Assembly: GCA_947625805.1 (NCBI GenBank)
Contig: CANQPT010000001.1
Span: 51,044 to 115,043, forward strand
DNA: 64,000 nt
Direction of reading: 5' to 3'
From: an uncultured Clostridia bacterium
GTDB lineage: Bacteria; Bacillota; Clostridia; Oscillospirales; CAG-272
Under the pieces are notes generated by a model. It ran no database searches and was not told the DNA's origin. It worked only from the letters and a program-made list of their open reading frames with translations. Within the stretch, counting starts at the first letter, position 1. Each line of letters begins with the position of its first letter. A program made the position numbers and the translations under genes. Below, piece by piece: positions 58,914 to 64,000 of this stretch.

Positions 58914-60325
58914 TGTTCTTCTCCTTGTTTCAGCGTTCCGGTCATAGTATGTGTATCCGCTCCTGTGATGAATACATCGGTAAACGTTCCAATCAACGCA
59001 TCTTCGCCCGCAAAATGCACCAAACGGTTTTGCGAACTTCTTCCGGTCAGAAGACCCGCGTTGGTCTTGCTTCTGCCCTCCACCAGCACGCGGACGTTGC
59101 GCCCGAGATACCGCTCGTTTTGCGCACGGGAAATCTCGTTCTGTACTTCCAGAAGACGTGCGAAGCGCTCGCTTTTGACCGCGTCGTCGATCTGATTTTC
59201 CATCTTTGCCGCAGGGGTTGCGTTGCGGGGCGAGAAAATAAACGAATAGATGTTGTCATAGCGCACTGTGCGCAGGACGTTCAGCGTTTCGGAAAAATCT
59301 TCTTCGGTCTCCGTGGGAAAGCCGACGATAATATCCGAGGTGATGGCGATATCCGGGATTTTTTCGCGCATATACTCTACCAGTTCTATGTAATGCTCTG
59401 CGGTATAGCGGCGATTCATTGCCTGTAACACCCGGTTGGAACCGGATTGAAGAGGCAGATGAAACTGCCTTGCGATCTTGGGATTTGCAGCGATAACGTC
59501 GATCAGCCTGTGGGATGCGTCTTTGGGGTGACTTGTCATAAAACGAACGAGAAAATCCCCCTCGATCGCGCAGATATCCGTAAGCAGGTCGGCAAAGCCG
59601 TAACCGGGCGTACCCTCCGGCGCATAAGAGTTGACGTTTTGCCCGAGCAGGGTAATCTCCCGGCAGCCGGACGCCGCAAGTTCGCGCACCTCGCGCAGGA
59701 TATCGTCCTTTTCGCGGCTGCGCTCCCTGCCCCGCACATAGGGCACGACGCAATACGTGCAGAAATTGTTGCACCCGTACATGATGCTCACCCACGCCTT
59801 GAAACGGCTCTCCCGCCGCACTGGAAGTCCCTCGGCAATGTTGCCCTCCGAATCGTCTGAGTAAAACGCCCGGCTTTTCTCGGTCAGCGCACGATAGACG
59901 ATTTCCGGGAAACGATAGAGCATACTCGTGCCGAACAGAAAATCGACGTACGGGTAGCGCATCTTAATATCGTTTTTGCGATGCTCTTGGGAGACCATAC
60001 ACCCGCAGATACCGATCAGAAGAGAGGGCTTGCGCGCCTTGAGATGCTTGAACTGCCCCGTGATCGAAAGGGCCTTGAGTTCGGCGTGCTCCCGCACGGC
60101 GCATGTATTGACCACGATCAGGTCCGCCTCTTTTTCGTCCTCTGTGACGGTATAGCCCATGGCCTCGGCCATACCCGCAATCCGCTCGCTGTCCGCCTCG
60201 TTCTGCTGACAGCCGTAGGTGCGAATGTGCGCAAGCGGTCTGCGATCGGCAAACAGAGATGCGACTTTGCCGGTATATTCCTGTTGGGTGAGCAGTTCCT
60301 GCTCGGAGATTTTGGTTGTTTTCAT
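58910..60325 (-). CDS. miaB: tRNA-i6A37 methylthiotransferase MiaB
   Basis: UPF0004 N-terminal domain, the radical SAM motif CNNFCTYCVVP, and a TRAM C-terminus. Confidence 0.92.
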   Translation of the reverse strand: MKTTKISEQELLTQQEYTGKVASLFADRRPLAHIRTYGCQQNEADSERIAGMAEAMGYTVTEDEKEADLIVVNTCAVREHAELKALSITGQFKHLKARKPSLLIGICGCMVSQEHRKNDIKMRYPYVDFLFGTSMLYRFPEIVYRALTEKSRAFYSDDSEGNIAEGLPVRRESRFKAWVSIMYGCNNFCTYCVVPYVRGRERSREKDDILREVRELAASGCREITLLGQNVNSYAPEGTPGYGFADLLTDICAIEGDFLVRFMTSHPKDASHRLIDVIAANPKIARQFHLPLQSGSNRVLQAMNRRYTAEHYIELVEYMREKIPDIAITSDIIVGFPTETEEDFSETLNVLRTVRYDNIYSFIFSPRNATPAAKMENQIDDAVKSERFARLLEVQNEISRAQNERYLGRNVRVLVEGRSKTNAGLLTGRSSQNRLVHFAGEDALIGTFTDVFITGADTHTMTGTLKQGEEQ

Positions 60326-61302
60326 TTGCTTATAAATCTGTCGGTCAGACCGTCTGTGGTAAATATCCCGTCGCCGGTCACAAAAACCGCCTCAAAATCG
60401 TATGCTCCGTTGTGATAAAACTCCAGCGCACGCTCGTAACCCATGACAAACAGTGCCGTGGAGAGCGCGTCGGCGAGGGTCGCGTCGTCGCACACCACCG
60501 CGACGCTCTGAATGCCGCTGTTTGCGGGATAGCCTGTGCGCGGGTCGAAGATATGGTGATAGCGCACCCCGTCCGCCATAAAATAACGCTCGTAATCGCC
60601 GGACACGGCGACGTAGCCGCCTGTGAGCGACAGTGTGCCCACGATCGAGTCGGGATCGCGCGGATCTTTGACCCCGATCTTCCAGTCGGCGCCGTCGGGC
60701 TTTTGGCCGATCAGACCGATATTGCCGCCAAAGGACACCATGCCGTACTCCACGCCCTGTTCCCGCAGGTAGTCGGTAATCGCACCGAGCGCATAGCCCT
60801 TGCCTACACCGCCGAGATCGATATGAACCGCCGGAGCGCTTTTGGTAAGCACGTCGCCCTCCAATGCGAGTTGTTGATAGCCCACCGCGTCGAGGGCGCA
60901 AGCGATCTCTTGGGGGTCGGGCACGCGGGGGGCTTCCCCCGTAATATCCCATAAAGCGGTCAACGGCTCTGCCGTGACGTCAAAGGCGCCGTCGGTCGCG
61001 CGGGAAAGTTCAAGAGAAAGAGATACGATCTGTAACAATTCTTCCCCGAGCGGCATTCCCTGCTCACAGGCGTTAAACCGGCTGACCTCGCTGTCCGCGT
61101 CCGTGCGTGAAAGAACGGCTTCATACGCACGGATCATCCGCTCGCATTCGGCAAACAGTTGGTCGGAATTTTCGTCGGGAATGCGAATGGCGATGATCGT
61201 ATCCATCGCGTATAGATCTTTTTCTGTCTGAGTGCTCTGCCCGGTGCATCCCGTAAGAACAAGGGCAAGCACGACAAGCAGGCTAAAAACGCAGTTTTGC
61301 AA
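60322..61302 (-). CDS. apbE: FAD:protein FMN transferase ApbE, lipoprotein
   Basis: Lipobox LVLTGC and ApbE motifs (DLGGVGKGYA, HHIFDPRTGYP). A TTG start with an AAGGATGA RBS lies inside the upstream gene's 3' end. Confidence 0.85.
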   Translation of the reverse strand: MQNCVFSLLVVLALVLTGCTGQSTQTEKDLYAMDTIIAIRIPDENSDQLFAECERMIRAYEAVLSRTDADSEVSRFNACEQGMPLGEELLQIVSLSLELSRATDGAFDVTAEPLTALWDITGEAPRVPDPQEIACALDAVGYQQLALEGDVLTKSAPAVHIDLGGVGKGYALGAITDYLREQGVEYGMVSFGGNIGLIGQKPDGADWKIGVKDPRDPDSIVGTLSLTGGYVAVSGDYERYFMADGVRYHHIFDPRTGYPANSGIQSVAVVCDDATLADALSTALFVMGYERALEFYHNGAYDFEAVFVTGDGIFTTDGLTDRFISK

Positions 61303-61804
61303 GAACCCCGTTCATCCTTTCGGAAAAAGTATTGAGAAACAGCCCGATCACCGCCCCACAGCAAAGACCCGCCAGCATGAGCGGCGTGGCGTACGGCAGA
61401 AGGGCTTTTCCGCCCATAAAGGCGATCGCGGCACATAACTGACCGAGATTGTGCAATACCCCGCCCGCGCAGGAAAGCGAAAGGTCGGTGATGTGCTCTG
61501 CCAGCAGAAAATCAAGGGCAAGCATACCAAAAAAGGAGAGCAGGGCGCCGCACAGCGAAAAGACAAAAGACGTCGCCCCGCCGAATAAAAGTGCGGTCAA
61601 AGCTGTCTTGCCGAGCAAAACGGCGAATGCCTGCCGCCGGTCGCGGTGAAGCAAAAAAAGAACGATCGCGTTGGAAAGCCCGAGCTTAAAGCCGGGGATC
61701 GGGACAGCCGCATTGATCGGAAGTAAAAACTCCAGATAGGAAAGTCCTGAGGCCAGCACGCAGAAAAGCGCAGTGCCGATCATCCATCTAACCCGCGATC
61801 CCAT
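61283..61804 (-). CDS. Gx transporter family membrane protein (often mis-annotated heptaprenyl diphosphate synthase component I)
   Basis: Five-TM protein with a conserved FKLGLSN motif. Trimmed to MGSRVR. Typically partners with NusG_II and ApbE. Confidence 0.65.
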   Translation of the reverse strand: MGSRVRWMIGTALFCVLASGLSYLEFLLPINAAVPIPGFKLGLSNAIVLFLLHRDRRQAFAVLLGKTALTALLFGGATSFVFSLCGALLSFFGMLALDFLLAEHITDLSLSCAGGVLHNLGQLCAAIAFMGGKALLPYATPLMLAGLCCGAVIGLFLNTFSERMNGVLAKLRF

Positions 61805-62150
61805 CGTAACCTTCTCCGCCGACCAGATCGACGCGCACGTGCGCCGGGACACAGACGATCGCATTTCCCGCCCGGGTGATTTTGCCGGTTTTCATGCAGG
61901 TATGGTCCGGACAGTCGGAGGAGGTGACCTGCACGCCGTCCGCGCTGACGGCCAGCGTCAGATGATAGCCATGTGAATCAAGGGCGATCGTGTGATCATC
62001 GAGGGCGTATTCCTCTGTGCCCTCCGGGGTTGTCACCCTCACAATCTGCGCACTCTGCGCCGGGCGCGGCAATAGCCCGGTCAGCGGCACAAGCGATACC
62101 AGCACAAACAGCAGGATCAGCACTGCGTCCATCGGCTTTGCTTTTTTCAT
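61788..62150 (-). CDS. NusG domain II-containing protein (DUF1312)
   Basis: N-terminal TM, then a beta domain with DCPDHTCMKTGKI. A GGAGG RBS precedes MKKAKP. Confidence 0.65.
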   Translation of the reverse strand: MKKAKPMDAVLILLFVLVSLVPLTGLLPRPAQSAQIVRVTTPEGTEEYALDDHTIALDSHGYHLTLAVSADGVQVTSSDCPDHTCMKTGKITRAGNAIVCVPAHVRVDLVGGEGYDGIAG

Positions 62151-62252
62151 GACGACCTCCGGGAAAAACAATACTCCCCATGTTATTTTATCATTTTTTG
62201 GACCAAGATTCAACAAAAAAGAGCAAATTTGTCCGAATATATTTTCTTACTA

Positions 62253-62281
62253 TTGAAAAAAAGTCTGTAAATTGGTATAAT
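62253..62281 (+). promoter_or_regulatory. hisS promoter, TTGAAA-17 nt-TATAAT
   Basis: -35 at 62253-62258 and -10 at 62276-62281, 32 nt before the GTG start. Confidence 0.65.
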
Positions 62282-62313
62282 ATTTTATATATCAAGAAAC
62301 AGAGGACAAAACC

Positions 62314-63573
62314 GTGATCAAAAAACCGAGAGGAACGATCGATATTTTACCCGAGGAGATGCCGTTCTGGCACTTTATCGAAAAGACCGCAAGAGATACG
62401 GCCGCCCTGTACGGCTTTGAGGAGATCCGTTTCCCGACCTTTGAGTCGACAGAACTGTTTACACGCGGCGTGGGCGACACGACCGACGTGGTGCAAAAGG
62501 AAATGTACACCTTCCGCGACAGAGAAAACCGTTCGCTTACCCTGCGCCCCGAAGGGACGGCCTCGGTCGCCCGCTCGCTGGTGGAAAACGGGCGCTGCTC
62601 GGGCACCATGCCGATCAAACTCTACTATTTGATCAACTGCTTCCGCTATGAGAAACCGCAGGCAGGCAGAAGCCGCGAGTTTTACCAGTTCGGCTGCGAG
62701 TTGTACGGCGCATCGTCTGCCTCGTCAGACGCGACGGTCATTTCGCTTGCCGACACGCTCATCCGCCGTCTGGGCATCAAAGGGGCGCGGCTGCACGTCA
62801 ACTCAATCGGCTGTCCCACCTGTCGGGCGGCATACCGTACGGCGCTGCAGGAATATTTCCGTTCTCACACTGAAGAGTTGTGCGAAACCTGCCGTACCAG
62901 ACTTGAAACCAATCCTCTGCGCATCCTCGACTGCAAAAGCCCGGTCTGCACCGGGATCGCAAACGGCGCGCCCAAGACCATCGACTACCTGTGTGAAGAG
63001 TGCGCGGCGCACATGACCCTGCTGCAAAGCTCTCTTGACGCCATGGGCATCGCCTACACGGTCGATCCCAAGATCGTACGGGGTCTTGATTATTATACCC
63101 GCACGGTCTTTGAGTTTATCAGTCCGATGATCGGCGCACAATCTACCATCCTCGGCGGCGGAAGATACGACGGTCTGACCAAGGACATCGGCGGTCCTGC
63201 TCTGTGCGGAGTCGGCTTTGCGGCGGGTATCACCCGCCTGGTGCTTGCCATGAAAGAATCGGGCGTGGAGATCGAAGACTCCCACGCTCCCGCTCTCTAT
63301 ATCGCGTCCATGGGCGAACAGGCTTCCATTCGCGCGGCGGCCATCTGCGCCCGCCTGCGGGAACAGGGGCTGACCGCCGAATACGACCTGATCGGACGCA
63401 GTCTCAAAGCGCAGATGAAATACGCGGACAAGATCGGCGCGCGCTATACCCTCATGCTGGGCGAAAACGAATTGCAGACCGGAACGGCACAACTGAAAAA
63501 TATGCAGACCGGTACACAAACAGAGATCGATCCGGGCGACACCGACACGCTGATCACGGCGTTATACGAGTAA
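62314..63573 (+). CDS. hisS: histidine--tRNA ligase
   Basis: Class II motifs (FRYEKPQAGRSREFYQ, GGGRYDGL). GTG start with an AGAGGA RBS. Confidence 0.93.
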   Translation: MIKKPRGTIDILPEEMPFWHFIEKTARDTAALYGFEEIRFPTFESTELFTRGVGDTTDVVQKEMYTFRDRENRSLTLRPEGTASVARSLVENGRCSGTMPIKLYYLINCFRYEKPQAGRSREFYQFGCELYGASSASSDATVISLADTLIRRLGIKGARLHVNSIGCPTCRAAYRTALQEYFRSHTEELCETCRTRLETNPLRILDCKSPVCTGIANGAPKTIDYLCEECAAHMTLLQSSLDAMGIAYTVDPKIVRGLDYYTRTVFEFISPMIGAQSTILGGGRYDGLTKDIGGPALCGVGFAAGITRLVLAMKESGVEIEDSHAPALYIASMGEQASIRAAAICARLREQGLTAEYDLIGRSLKAQMKYADKIGARYTLMLGENELQTGTAQLKNMQTGTQTEIDPGDTDTLITALYE

Positions 63574-63586
63574 CCGCCATCAAACG

Positions 63587-63620
63587 GATCGGGGCACCCG
63601 TTGGGTGTCCCGATCTTTTA
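63587..63620 (+). terminator. hisS terminator
   Basis: 13-bp stem gatcggggcaccc/gggtgtcccgatc followed by TTTT. Confidence 0.7.
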
Positions 63621-64000
63621 TTTCAATTCAACCACCGTCACTCCTGCGTCGCCCTCTCCGTATTTGCCGCCGCGGAAAGAACTCACGCGGGCGTCCCCAC
63701 GCAAAAGTTCCTGCAGGCGGGCGCGCAGCGCACCCGTTCCCTTGCCGTGGATCAGGGTCACCTGATGCATTCCCGCCATGACCGCGTCGTCCAGATACTT
63801 GTCGGTCAGCGCCCACGCATCCTCGCCGTTCTGCCCGCGCAGGTCAAGTTCAGGCGAAAAGGATTTCGGCATGGTCGGGCGATAACTGCGGGCGGGCACG
63901 GTTTTGCCGCTCTTGTCGGTAAACTGCAATCCCCTGTCCTCTGCGAGTACCAGGTTATCCACCTTGGTCCGGGTGGTAAGCAGGCCGGTCTGCACGGTCA
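63618..64000 (-). CDS. mutS2: endonuclease MutS2, C-terminal Smr domain (truncated by the window edge)
   Basis: Smr domain LDLRGQ..EDA....KYLDDA.......V.LIHGKGTGALR. The ORF is open to the window end. Confidence 0.8.
   Translation of the reverse strand, partial: TVQTGLLTTRTKVDNLVLAEDRGLQFTDKSGKTVPARSYRPTMPKSFSPELDLRGQNGEDAWALTDKYLDDAVMAGMHQVTLIHGKGTGALRARLQELLRGDARVSSFRGGKYGEGDAGVTVVELK

Noticed and set aside
62151-62313. T-box leader upstream of hisS (also looked for upstream of the gltX-glnS operon at 43083-43233)
   Set aside because: The leaders are only about 30-150 nt long. They lack the T-box core sequence and a specifier/terminator architecture, and a plain promoter explains the region.

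Overview
Apparently a chromosomal segment from a GC-rich (high-50s % by eye), spore-forming Firmicute of the class Clostridia; the taxonomy is an inference from gene content and order. About 65 protein genes are tightly packed, and almost all are recognisable housekeeping functions. They fall into three co-directional blocks plus smaller units. (1) Minus strand, 15.1 kb down to 0.1 kb: cdaA-cdaR-FAD protein-rseC-recJ-relA-dtd-hemZ-kinase-flippase-GDPD-yabO-yabP-yabQ-divIC. (2) Plus strand, 24.3-34.8 kb: an ABC/GldG/DUF4340 set, prsA-like, galM, htrA and a two-component system. (3) Minus strand, 62.2 kb down to 52.9 kb: NusG_II-Gx-apbE-miaB-ymcA-mutS-mutL-tgt. The smaller units are rpmG-secE-nusG-rplK-rplA, MBL-gltX-glnS, groES-groEL behind a perfect CIRCE operator, trkH-trkA, hisS, and a Mn2+ (yybP-ykoY) riboswitch in front of mntP. 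I found no rRNA, tRNA, CRISPR array, IS element or recombinase. I see no convincing novel multi-gene system. The only clearly accessory DNA is an AT-richer islet of about 2.4 kb (16.6-19.1 kb) that appears spliced into the 3' end of rlmD. It supplies a 97-aa substitute C-terminus and carries a doubly disrupted XRE gene, a NUDIX hydrolase and a 327-aa orphan. A plausible displaced native rlmD 3' end plus terminator lies at its right edge. Other observations are modest: a leaderless-looking rlmD promoter, a CaCA antiporter under the Mn riboswitch, an apbE/Gx/NusG_II cluster with no visible flavinylation substrate, a Cys-rich tail on YmcA, and several orphan membrane proteins. All product calls rest on motifs read from the supplied translations and on remembered family signatures. 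No database search was possible.
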